Source: Hamiltosporidium tvaerminnensis FI-OER-3-3
Lineage: Eukaryota; Fungi; Microsporidia
Direction: 5' to 3'
Length of the DNA: 64,000 nt
NCBI GenBank assembly: GCA_022605425.2
Contig: CM061252.1
Span: 62,001-126,000 of the forward strand
Below are positions 49,341 through 60,585 of the stretch, in pieces (the stretch's first letter is position 1; each line of letters starts with the position of its first letter). The notes under the pieces were generated by a model. That model saw nothing but the letters and a program-made list of their open reading frames with translations, did no database searches and was not told the origin of the DNA. The position numbers and the translations under genes were made by a program.

Positions 49341-50793
49341 AAACAAATTGCCCAAAACAAAGAATTTAGTGGCAATAATTAAATTAAATTGTTTTTTTAT
49401 CTTAATTTCATTTCCAATTCTTCAATTCAAATGTATATTTTATAAAAAAATATTGTTATCCACAGCATTTTGCTTTGAATGATTAAAGTAACTTTTTTTT
49501 TCATATTAAAGCCAAAATTATTTTTGAATAAATTTACTAAAGAGATAATATTATTTCCCGTAAAAAATTTAAGAATTAATTATTAACACAATCTCATAAA
49601 TAATATACAATAACTTTAATTATTAAAATATACAAATATATAATTTGGGAAAAACAAAACCACAACTCATTATATAATTCCGAATTTTTAATAAATATCT
49701 TGAAATAATTCTAAATTAGACTATCATTCAATTTTTGCTTTGAAAAAAATTGATAAAATATCCATAATTTGATTTGAATAGTTGAAAACACCATGAATTA
49801 TATTAACAGTCAAAAAAAAATCCGTTAGACGTATTTTATAGTTTTTTATTATAACTATAGCAATTCTTATAATTTCAAGAAATAATATTTATATAATCGG
49901 ATATTGTTATGGAATTTGAATGAATTATTTTTAAATAATTTTTTAGTCATATTAGATAGAAAGAATATTGACATTTAAACTTTTTTATTGACTGAGTTGG
50001 ACTATTTAATTGCTAATATAAGGTAAAAGTTAAAAATTTTAAATAAATGACGATCATTAAAGCAATTCAAATATTTCAGAGCTACTTAAAGGTTATAATT
50101 TTTTTTAAAAAAATTAAGCTTAGTATATGCAAATAAAATATATTTATAAATATGTATATTTTTTCAAAAAGCGTATTTAATATATATTTGCGGCAATAAG
50201 ATGATTGTAAAAACACTTTTTTTAGAAATACATATTTTTTTAGATTAAATTTGAAAGCTGCAGATACAATAAAAATTGAAAACTTTCAGAAAAAAATATA
50301 TTTTAAAATTTTAATTGCCAAAAATTCTTTCAGAAAACCAGCAAAAATTGTTTTAAATGATATTAAAAACAGAATCAAAGATTTTGGAAAGTTCAAACAT
50401 AGAATTTATAAATTTTAAAAACAATTTAATTACATTTCTTAATCCACAAGAAGTGCATTCGAGCTAGAATTGTATCAAATAAACAGTTTTGTGTCTTTTT
50501 TTTTGTATTTATATTTTTTCTTTATTTTTATACTTTGAAATTATAAATCTAAAAAAAACAAAATATTAAATAAATGATATATATTACATACAAGTATATT
50601 TTTTTAAAATATTTGTGTATTTGCACGTTTCTTAATCCAAATTAGAAATTGGAATAATTGAAATATGAATATATTTTATGTTTCATTTGGTTTTTAGAAG
50701 AAATGTAATTTAATATATTCAAATACAGGTTATACATATAATTTGAAGCATCACAACTTGTATAATTGACTGGTAAAACCAATATCGAAAAAA

Positions 50794-51030
50794 AAGAATT
50801 TAATGATACAAAAACTTGAAATATTCAGAATATTTAGATGACTTTAAACTATTATTTCAATAGCTATCAAATAAAATTTAAGAATTTAATGATACTAAAA
50901 CTTGAAATATTCAGAATATTTAGATGACTTTAAACTATTATTTCAATAGCTATCAAATAAAATTTAAGAATTTAATGATACTAAAACTTGAAATATTCAG
51001 AATATTTCTAATGAGTTTCAACTATAATTT
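50794..51030. repeat. 86-bp tandem repeat (~2.7 units) upstream of the Mak21-like gene
   Basis: AAGAATTTAATGATAC.AAAACTTGAAATATTCAGAATATTT at 50794, 50880 and 50966. Confidence 0.9.
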
Positions 51031-51176
51031 CTATAAAAATTTAAAATTTATTTTATAAAAACTTTTATAAATCTATATATTTGTGTTTTAAATGCTTAAA
51101 TATTTTTCCATTTTTTTACGTAATTAATTTATGAATTTAGAATATAATTATGAATAGATTCCATTATTTTCATCCC

Positions 51177-52808
51177 ATGTCGGTTAAACATGCAGATAAG
51201 AAAATATTGTCTAAACGTAATAATGAATCCGATTTAAATGAGAAAAAGGATTCAAAAATTAGAATTCGTGTTTTAAATAAGAAAACTGATGAGCAAGAAA
51301 AAATTTTGAAAGATAAAACAGTGAAACGTTTTAAGATTAACGACACGGAAAAAAAAGAATTAAAGAACTCAAAACTTAAAAAACACAAAATTCAAAAGAA
51401 TAAAACAAGAAATAAAACAAATGAAATCTCAAATAAAATGTTTAAAAATAAAAAAGATATTTCGAAAAACTCAAAATTTAAAAAATTAAATGACAATTCA
51501 AACAAAGAAATCAAAAGAATCAACTATGAAAGTAAAAACAATTTTATGATTAAAGATCAGTCGATTACAAAAATAAATTATGATAAAACAATGGAAAAAT
51601 CACTCAAGAATATAACTTCAGTAGAAAAGGAAATTCTTAAAAGAGGGACTATCAAGAATAAAATAGATCTTCTGACACTTTTAATAACTCAAAACAGAGG
51701 AAATAATAAAGAAAATTTACAAAAATTATTTGAATTTTGCGAAAATGAAAGACATAGCATAATTTTGTATGTTATAAAGAATTTTAAAGACTTACTGATT
51801 TCAAATAAAAATTTATTCCAACAAAATACAGAATATTCAAATAAATTTTTCAAGATTTTAGAAAAAGGATTAAAAAATGAATTTATAAGTAATTCAATCA
51901 TTAAAATCGTATATGACCTTTTAACAAATGAAATACATGTTGATGGGCTTATAAAGATTTTTGTTAACAAAATTGGTGGTAAAAAAATAGTTTCCCATTT
52001 TGTTTGTTATAAATTAACAGAATTGGTAAAAATGAATAAAAATAAAGAAAATCGAAATAAAATTTTAAATGAAATTTATGAGTATTTTTCACGTGATACT
52101 GTTTTAAAAGCAAGAGTTAAAATATTAAAGATTATAAGAAATTTAAAATTCGACGAACAAGAAGGTATCATAATTAGAAAGATCTTAAATATTATATTTT
52201 CTGAAATCTCAACCTATAAAACAGAGAAATCGGAACTATTGAGTTGTTATATAAATATGGGAATAGAAATCTATGAGAAAATAGAAAAAGATTTTGAAAA
52301 CAGTGATTTAGAAGATGATTTCATCTTAGAAATATCACTTTCAAATTGTAATTCAATCAAAAATTTAATTCATATTTTATATAAAACAAAAAGTAAAAAA
52401 CTAAGCGAATATTTTACAATGGTTTTTAGAAATAATATAATAAATAATTATGAAAAAGTACCTGAAATTCTTAATATATTACTGAATTTTCTTTTGAATG
52501 AAAATGATATTAAAATCAGAAAAAAAGTTATGATAAACAGTTTGAAATATATTGTTATGAATGGCGATATTAGGATGATTCTATCGATTTTAATTATTCT
52601 AACAGTTATTGTAGAAAAATTTGGTAATGAAATACTTTATGATAATTTTGCAATTCAAGTTCTTAGTAGACATTATTACAAGCCTATTCAATACTTATTT
52701 TGTAAAATTATGAATACAGAAAGGATTGAAATTTTCGATCCATATGATGAATTTTCACTTAAAAACACAGAAAATATTATTTTTTCAATCAATAAAGTAT
52801 TCTATTAA
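51177..52808 (+). CDS. Ribosome biogenesis factor Mak21/Noc1 (CEBPZ)-like, shortened
   Basis: K-rich N-terminus, GTIKNKIDLLTLLI (compare GT..DKI.ALTL.I) and LSRHYYKPI (compare L..H.HP.V). CCC lies directly before ATG 51177. Confidence 0.65.
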   Translation: MSVKHADKKILSKRNNESDLNEKKDSKIRIRVLNKKTDEQEKILKDKTVKRFKINDTEKKELKNSKLKKHKIQKNKTRNKTNEISNKMFKNKKDISKNSKFKKLNDNSNKEIKRINYESKNNFMIKDQSITKINYDKTMEKSLKNITSVEKEILKRGTIKNKIDLLTLLITQNRGNNKENLQKLFEFCENERHSIILYVIKNFKDLLISNKNLFQQNTEYSNKFFKILEKGLKNEFISNSIIKIVYDLLTNEIHVDGLIKIFVNKIGGKKIVSHFVCYKLTELVKMNKNKENRNKILNEIYEYFSRDTVLKARVKILKIIRNLKFDEQEGIIIRKILNIIFSEISTYKTEKSELLSCYINMGIEIYEKIEKDFENSDLEDDFILEISLSNCNSIKNLIHILYKTKSKKLSEYFTMVFRNNIINNYEKVPEILNILLNFLLNENDIKIRKKVMINSLKYIVMNGDIRMILSILIILTVIVEKFGNEILYDNFAIQVLSRHYYKPIQYLFCKIMNTERIEIFDPYDEFSLKNTENIIFSINKVFY

Positions 52809-53049
52809 GCAATAAATTTATTTTAATTTAATTAATATATAATGTATCATTTTTTTTGTTGTTTTTACTTGATTTAAAATTTTTTATTAATCATTTCTCC
52901 AAAGTATTCACTGTGCAATAAATCATTTGAGTTTTTTATTTTAAGATTGATTTCTTAGTTTTTACCAATTTTTAAAATTATATATGAAATTAACTTTAAT
53001 CAGGATTATATCATCTAGTGTAAAGCTGTTTAAATGATTAACTAATTTC

Positions 53050-54259
53050 ATAGTTGAAAATATATTTAATTGGTATTTTTAGAGTCATTGTTTGTATTCT
53101 AATTCAGTATTACCCAAATTTTTATTTGAAAAACAGCTGTTTTTTCATTAAATAATAAATCATAATTTTCTTACTAAAAAAAGTAGTAAATATGAAATCA
53201 TCTATCTGCTATTAATATATTTTAAAGAATAAATATATGATTCAGATAATATATGAAATAATACCGACAAATTTCTATTCAAGTTTTAAGTAAATTTTTA
53301 AATATTTTAGCCTTCATTTCTATTTACGACTCGAAATGTTTATTCTGGCATTAAAGAATTCAAAACGATATCCATTAACAGATATTATACGGAATTTTTT
53401 GTACACCCTAATATTGCATCTCTTTGGAAAAGGGTATATCTCGTTTATTTTTATAACTTAACTCGGTTTGGTGTTGAGATAGATGGTTTTTAACACACCA
53501 TAGGTATCCCACAAATACCTTCATCTCAATGCTTTTCGTTCAAAAGATGTATAAAATTTATTAAATGCGCGAGAATGTTTCCAGATGTTTTTTAATAGCC
53601 GTTTCCAGTGTGTAATCTCTAATAAAGCCTTATATGAGCTTTTCGAAAACCAGAAGCATTCCTTTTAATCTCCAATTTCTTGAACAATATATATTTCTTG
53701 TTAATAATATACCGGTGATTTACATAAGATACAGCAAGATCCGGAATTTCATATCACTATATATAATCTGCTACTCGATATTTCTACCTTGTAAGCTTTA
53801 TGTGTTTTTTTATCTTCCGAGCATCGATTATTCTAGCCGGAGTGAGGAAGACAGATGTAAATGCTATTATATAGTAATTATTCACAAATTCAGAGGTAAA
53901 TTTCCAATCAAGTTGCATTAAAACCATACACAAATCTTCTAAGAAGATATCGCAATTCATACATCGTCTATCCTTATATAAATTTCAATAATAAAATCGA
54001 AAGTGTAATGGAATTTTCAGTTTTTCAAAAATCCAAACGATGATATTCCCAATAATATAATTTAATCACTGACAAATAGATAGTTTTAATACGTTTATAT
54101 TTTCCTCACCATTAAATGAAAGAATAGATGTATTATCAGACTTTGACCAAAAATAGAAGCGAATTAATAATCTTATAAATTCCATAGGTAGCTTATTATT
54201 TCTACTACTGATTTAAATAGAATAAGGTTTAGGCAGTCATAACATTTTTTAAATTCCAT
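53050..54259 (-). pseudogene. Decayed paralog of the 59008 protein family
   Basis: Starts MEFKKCYDCLNLILFK, resembling MKFNRCFHLITLLYK. Coding-like composition broken by stops. The 3' boundary is uncertain. Confidence 0.4.
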
Positions 54260-54513
54260 TTTTTTAACAAAATAACTTATGCAATGAATTATACTAAATG
54301 ATTTATTGTTTTAAAATTTTTGGTTATGTATTTCTTTGAATGTACATCAAAAGTCTTGGAATTTTATTCGTATATATAATGAAAATTGGACACCATTTTT
54401 TATAAAAAGAAAAATTTTTAATTGTGAAAATAAACTAGTGAGAGAAAAAGCTACAAATTAATAATAAATCATTAGGAATATTTTAATAATTAAAATAAGA
54501 ATGGATAGTTTTT

Positions 54514-55059
54514 TTATTCATTATTTTCTTCGTTATTTTCATTTTCATTGAATCTATTTAAAATGGAATCTTCATAAAACGGATAATAATTTCTTTGATA
54601 CAATTCATCTATTGTATAATTGATTGGATAGGTTGGATAATTATATTGATATGTGTTTTGTGGAATCATATGTGATGGATCATTTGGGTTATAATTATTA
54701 TAAAAAATCGGCATTTGATACATTGGAATGTTGTTTATACATGCAGGTTGTTTTTTTCGTACTTTATTTGGAATATTTTCCAACATATGTTGTTCTGAAA
54801 TCGGAATATATGTCCAGTAATGTAATTTGGTATGTTGGTCTTTTTTAAGTTTGACGAATTCAGTTGATTTACTTAACAATTGTCTGATATTTCCTTTCCA
54901 AGTAGTAGAATTTTCATTATTGAATAAATCAGGATGTTTTTCAGAAACATAATCGAATATTTGACCCGAAGTTGCTTTGTTGTCAGTCATAGACTGTATT
55001 GCCTCTTTGATAATATGATTGTAAGTGAAAGTTTTATGAACTCGAATTTTCTTTACCAT
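54514..55059 (-). CDS. Forkhead-domain transcription factor
   Basis: FTYNHIIKEAIQS...KATSGQIFDYV...WKGNIRQLLS...FVKL......YWT, followed by an N/Y/P/Q-rich tail. Confidence 0.85.
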   Translation of the reverse strand: MVKKIRVHKTFTYNHIIKEAIQSMTDNKATSGQIFDYVSEKHPDLFNNENSTTWKGNIRQLLSKSTEFVKLKKDQHTKLHYWTYIPISEQHMLENIPNKVRKKQPACINNIPMYQMPIFYNNYNPNDPSHMIPQNTYQYNYPTYPINYTIDELYQRNYYPFYEDSILNRFNENENNEENNE

Positions 55060-55608
55060 TTTTATGCATATTTGATAAATTAACTATATTTATATATTGA
55101 AAATTAAATTAAAATTTAAACTATGAAATTTATATTTTTTTGATTGAAATTTCAAATAAATTTCACAAAAAAAATATTTAAGGTTTACTTCTATTATTTC
55201 AAATTGCCATATTTATAGAAAATATACATCGAAAAAATGTAAGCTTAAAATTATATAAGCAGAGTTATTTTATACGCACTTATCTCAACAAAATTTTTAT
55301 ATAACTACATATTTTTTTAGTTGCTTTTATTTTATGGTAATACTTGAAATTTTTATATTGTTAGATCATTTCATGGAAATCATTAGTTATATAATTTAGT
55401 AATTTCTCGATGAAGACTCACATCGAAATATTTAGTTGGTTAAAACACTATAAGACACCAATAACAATTCGCCTATTTGGAATTCTCTTTCTTTTTGTTC
55501 ATAAATTCTTTACAACCAATATTAGTGAGTAAAACAAACAATTTAAAGGATTCTATTGGTTCAAAAAAATATTTGAAATAAGATTCATAAAATTTCTTTT
55601 AAATTGTA

Positions 55609-57360
55609 CTCCCTCTGTCCGAAAATATGGTATACATTTCAAAAAAAACCGTAGATTATCGTGAATATAAAAAATAAATAGGCAACCGTCATGACATTGT
55701 CATATTAAATATTCATGACAATATAACCTAAAATTTTTGACTTTAATAATATCATTCTTAGTTAAAAAGTTACCGCTCAAACACAGTGTTTCTTAACGTA
55801 AAAAAAATTAGTACCGCTGAAAGACGAGTTTGGAAAATTTGGAAGGAAATTGTTAAATTTAGAAAGAAGAGATTCAAAATATAAACAGTTAACTAAAGAA
55901 AAACGTCAAGGTATTTTAGAAAAATTATTACAGCAGATGAAGGAGAATTGTTAAAACACGGTGCCGTCAACGAAGTTTCTTCTGCCTTTAAAGTTTCCCG
56001 GCTAACTGTTAGCAGAATTTGGCATGCAGCACAAACTCAATACAAAAAGGCAAGATATGTGCCGATGTTTCTTCAAAAAAGAAAAAAAGATGCGGAAGAA
56101 AATCTAAAGATATTCGAACAATTTAGCGCAAATAAGGAATACACCATTAAATCGTCGAGGAACGCTCCGCAGTTTTTCCTTTGCAATTGATATTCCCAAA
56201 TCAACTTTTTTTAATATATTCAAGTCGGGAAAGTATATCAAGAGAATATCTTCTACAGTTAAACCTACTTTAACAGATAAAAATAAAATGGACAGATTGA
56301 AATTTTGCTTGTCTAAAGTAAATCTTGCTAATAACGGAGATTTTCTTTTTGATGATTTGTACGACTACGTTCACGTTGATGAAAAGTGGTTTTATCTAAC
56401 TAAAGTTAAGCGCTCTTATTAATTAATGTTAAACGAAGAAAAACCGGAGAGAAACAGCAAAAGATAGCGATTTATTACGAAAATAATGTTCATGGCTGCA
56501 GTAGCTCGACCACGCTATGATGCACATCGAAATCTTTATTTTGATGGGAAAATTGGAATATGGCAATTTGTTTATAAAGAACCAGCTCAAAGAAATTCTA
56601 AGAATATGGCTAAAGGGACAATTATAACAAAAAATATGGAATCTGTTACAGCAGTACATTGCAAAAACATGATGATTGATAATGTAATTCCCGCAATTAA
56701 ATCTAAATCTCAGCTAGCATACAAAAAGAAAACAATTTACGTACAACAAGACAATGCAAAACCTTATTTTTCTGATAATGATGCAGATATTGTCGCTCTT
56801 GGTTCTGCTGATGACTAGAATATTAAATTTAAGGCGCAACCGGCAAATAGCCCCGATTTAAATGTTCTTGATTTAGGTTTTTTCAACTCCATACAATCGC
56901 CGCACCACGAAGTTTCGCCACACATAATTGAAGAATTAATAAATTGTTTCAAGATGCATTTCATCAATTAGAAGAGAATAATCTCGATAACGTTTTTACA
57001 ACATTGCAAGCATATATGGAGTCAATTATGTTAGCAGATAGAGGAAATGGCTATAAAACACCTCATTTAAGTAAAGGAAAACTTCTTCGCAAAGGTCGAC
57101 TGCTAGAAAAATAAGTATGTTCCAAAGAAGCATAAGTTAAAGCCAAATCAAATTTCGAGTAAACTTATTAATTTTAATATATATTTTATTAAATTTTATC
57201 TAATATTTACATTAATATTTATTAAAATGTTTGAAATAAAGGTAATATAATAAACTTGTCCTGTACATTTTTTGATTTAGTTTATCTTTTCGCAAATGTA
57301 TACCATATTTCCGGACAAAAAAATCGCTAAAATGTATACCATATTTTCGGACAGAGGGAG
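55609..57360 (+). mobile_element. Complete Tc1/mariner element of the DD39D type; transposase pseudogenised
   Basis: Perfect 31-bp TIR CTCCCTCTGTCCGAAAATATGGTATACATTT, with TA duplication at 55607-55608 and 57361-57362. Motifs VHVDEKWFYL, QQDNA and QPANSPDLNVLDLGFF; 39 residues separate D2 and D3. Confidence 0.95.
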
Positions 57361-57619
57361 TATTGGTTATCGAGAATAACCTAATAAATTTCGTTTTGTA
57401 CTTTTCCTAAAGCTTCAATTAAAAACAATTTAAATCCCATATTAAGATTTCTTTAAGGAATTTTACAGTTAAATAAAAATTGTATTATAAGCTTGATGCT
57501 TTTTCCCTTCTTTTGGTAATTTATTTATATTCTCAATAATAATTGGATAGGACAATTATTTCACAAATAACTTCGTGGAACTTTATATCTGATTAAATTA
57601 AAATATTTTTTTTCGGAAT

Positions 57620-58348
57620 GATTAAGAATTTTTATACTAAGTGGAGCTACAGATCTTCAACCGTTCGGGCCACCAAAAATTATATAATAAATAAATTAAC
57701 AAATGAACATATCATTATAACTAACGGTCTTTTCAGATAAAGCAAATTCTTCACAAGATTAAATTTCTTTGAGAAACAAGACGATTTGGAAAAATAAGAG
57801 GAAAGTCAACAGATTAAACAAAAAATGCCGAGCTGAAGCTCGGAAAATTTTAAAGTAACAATAAAAGAGGAAGAAAAATATGCAGAAAAAAACCTTTATT
57901 TTTATTGGAAAATACTCAAAAGCGGCTAATAATTTGGAAATGGAATACAAAAAAATATACAACAAATAGACTAGGTGAGATTATAAAATTTTTATGGAAA
58001 TTCCTGAGGAATTATGATACAGATAATCAAGTTCAAGATTGTTTTCGGCATTTTTTTCTTATGAGTGCAAAAAAAGTTCGTTTTTACGAATTTAACCCAA
58101 ATTTTATACATATAATACATGATATTCGTTTAGATTCAAATCCTGTAAACCGACTTTAAAAATATAGGAAATAAAATAGGAGCAATAGATGGTGGGATAA
58201 ATATGAAATACCTGGTAAAAATTATAAGATAGGAAATATAATACAAAAAACATAATTTGTATTAAATAAAGGGGTTATTAATATATAAAAGTGTATTAGG
58301 AATAACGGGGTACACTATGGATATTAGAATGTACTATGGTCTGTTACA
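57620..58348 (+). mobile_element. Right-end remnant of a second Ginger/TDD-like element
   Basis: End GTATTAGGAATAACGGGGTACACTATGGATATTAGAATGTACTATGGTCTGTTACA aligns with 8398-8454, and both are followed by TTTA. No left TIR was found. Confidence 0.55.
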
Positions 58349-59007
58349 TTTAATACTAATGTTTTCATAAGATATTTGTTTATTGAGGATATGGCTGTGG
58401 GGGCATATTTGGTCGTTTGAATCGTCATTTTAAATCAATTTTTTATTGATATTTTTTTCATCTTTTCAATAATTACACCTAGGCTTTACAGTGTATATTC
58501 TTACATTTCAACAACTCTTTTTTTACTTTTACTATAGATATTATTTGCAATTCGATACAAAATCAAAAAATAAAGAAAACTGTCATTTTAAGAAATATCA
58601 TTTTTATTCTAAGAATAATCTTATTTTGTAATTTTTATTGAGAGAAATTCTAGAAAGGTAAAAGAATCTAAAGTTTTTAATAATAAGTAATATAAAGCTT
58701 AACTAAAATGTAAAGAAGTGTCAATTATTTCTTTCAACTACAAAGAACAATCGAAAATCAAAAGAAATATTTTTGTATTTTCAAAAAATGTAGTGGTATT
58801 TAATATAATTTTATATTTGGAAATTCTAACACTTGTTCATACTATAAGTCTTTCAGTTTTTTATAATTATACAATATCTTATAGATTTTAATAAATAATG
58901 ACATATGGATTCATTCTTTTTAAAAGATTCTTAGAATTTTTTTAATCTAAAAACTAAAAGTAGTAAATTAATTTAAAAATATAAACACATATTTTTTTCT
59001 AAAATTT

Positions 59008-60585
59008 ATGAAATTTAACCGGTGCTTCCATCTCATAACGTTATTATACAAACCACTTATTTTTATGTTTATCTATTATTCGAGTGAAAGAGATATAATA
59101 TTTAATGTTGTAAATAAAAATGTAGAGCCGTACATCACTCCAATTATAAAAAAAATCAAACTTGAATGTTTATGTCAAATTAAAAGAGATGAGATGAATG
59201 AAAATGACGAAAAAAACTGTTTAGAAAAAATGTTTGACAAAGATGAAAATAAGCAATATAAGAAATATACTATAGAAATTACTGAGAGAATTGGTCTTAA
59301 GTTTGATATATTTGAAAAATTTAATAAAATAAACAATAATGTAGAAATATTTCTCTGTCATCATATAAAGAAATCTGATTTTTTAATATTCTATGAGTTT
59401 ATAATTTCATATTATTTACCGGTACATAAAATAAAAATTAAGAAGTTTTACACAATATTGTATTTATTAGAATATTTTAGAGTTGAATATGATAATAAAT
59501 TGAGGAATGCGATAAAAATAATTTGGTTTTCTTTAATGGAATCTAACGAAATGAATAATTTCGACATCAAAAATCCTTCGTTTCATTTTTCAAAGCAAGA
59601 CTATTTTTCAAATGCTTTATTTAAAAAAATCTCACATGAATTTTTAAAACTACTGAATAATGGAAAGGAGCGAAAATTTTTGTGTTTTATAAAAGAAAAG
59701 GAATTTTATGTATACGATGGATATAAAGGGATATTTACATATGATAGAAAGCATATGTTAGTAATTAATTACAATTTTGATACATTTTTTTTGAAAAAAG
59801 TTGTTGTGAATCATAAAAGTAAATGTTTATTTTTAATGTTTCTAAATACATTAGATATAAAGTATTTGCATATAAAGTCATTAAACAGAGCGAATTCGAA
59901 GAGTTTTTGTTTTATTTTAGATAATTTAAAAAAAAGAATCGATGAGATTGTATTCCATTGGGGTTACATATATGATGAGGTAATTTGTTCTCTAAATGCA
60001 AATTTAAATTTGGTAAATTTAAAAAAGATTGTATTTATATTTCCCAAAATTGGAACAAGTTTCATATTTAACGAGAATTTAGCCAAAATTAACGAATTTA
60101 TATTTTTTGAAAAGAATGATGATGAAAAATATGCAGTTCATGCAATCAAAGAAGAGGATCTTAATATAGCGGAGTTTATAATTAAAAGTCTGAAGCACAT
60201 ACACCAACAATGTTCTATCGGAAAATCAATCAAGAAAAATAAAAATATATCAAAAGAAAATGAAAATTTCTATTTAAAGTTACTTAATGGAGATAACTTT
60301 GAAGGTAAAGTTAGAATAGTCACATATTTTGAATGCAAGAATAAGAATTCGGGTGTCAAATGCATTCATGAGTATCAAGGGTGCTTTAATAATATTTCAA
60401 TTTCTTTTGATGAATTAAATGATAAAAAGTTTTTCACAACCGAAAATACAATTTTAGAAGAAAATATAAAGTGTATTGAAATTACATCTTCAGTAATAAA
60501 ATCTGATTTCTAAAAGATTATTTAAATATAAAAAGGGCTAGAAAGATTAGAAATAAATTATTTAAATATATACATTGAAAATACC
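59008..60585 (+). pseudogene. Lineage-specific large protein (LRR-like C-terminal half), frameshifted at ~60509 and truncated by a retrotransposon
   Basis: 501-aa ORF with LRR-like strands (LDIKYLHIK, LVNLKKIVF, NIKCIEITSS). Adding one T continues the frame DFLKDYLNIKGLERLEINYLNI up to the element junction. Confidence 0.6.
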
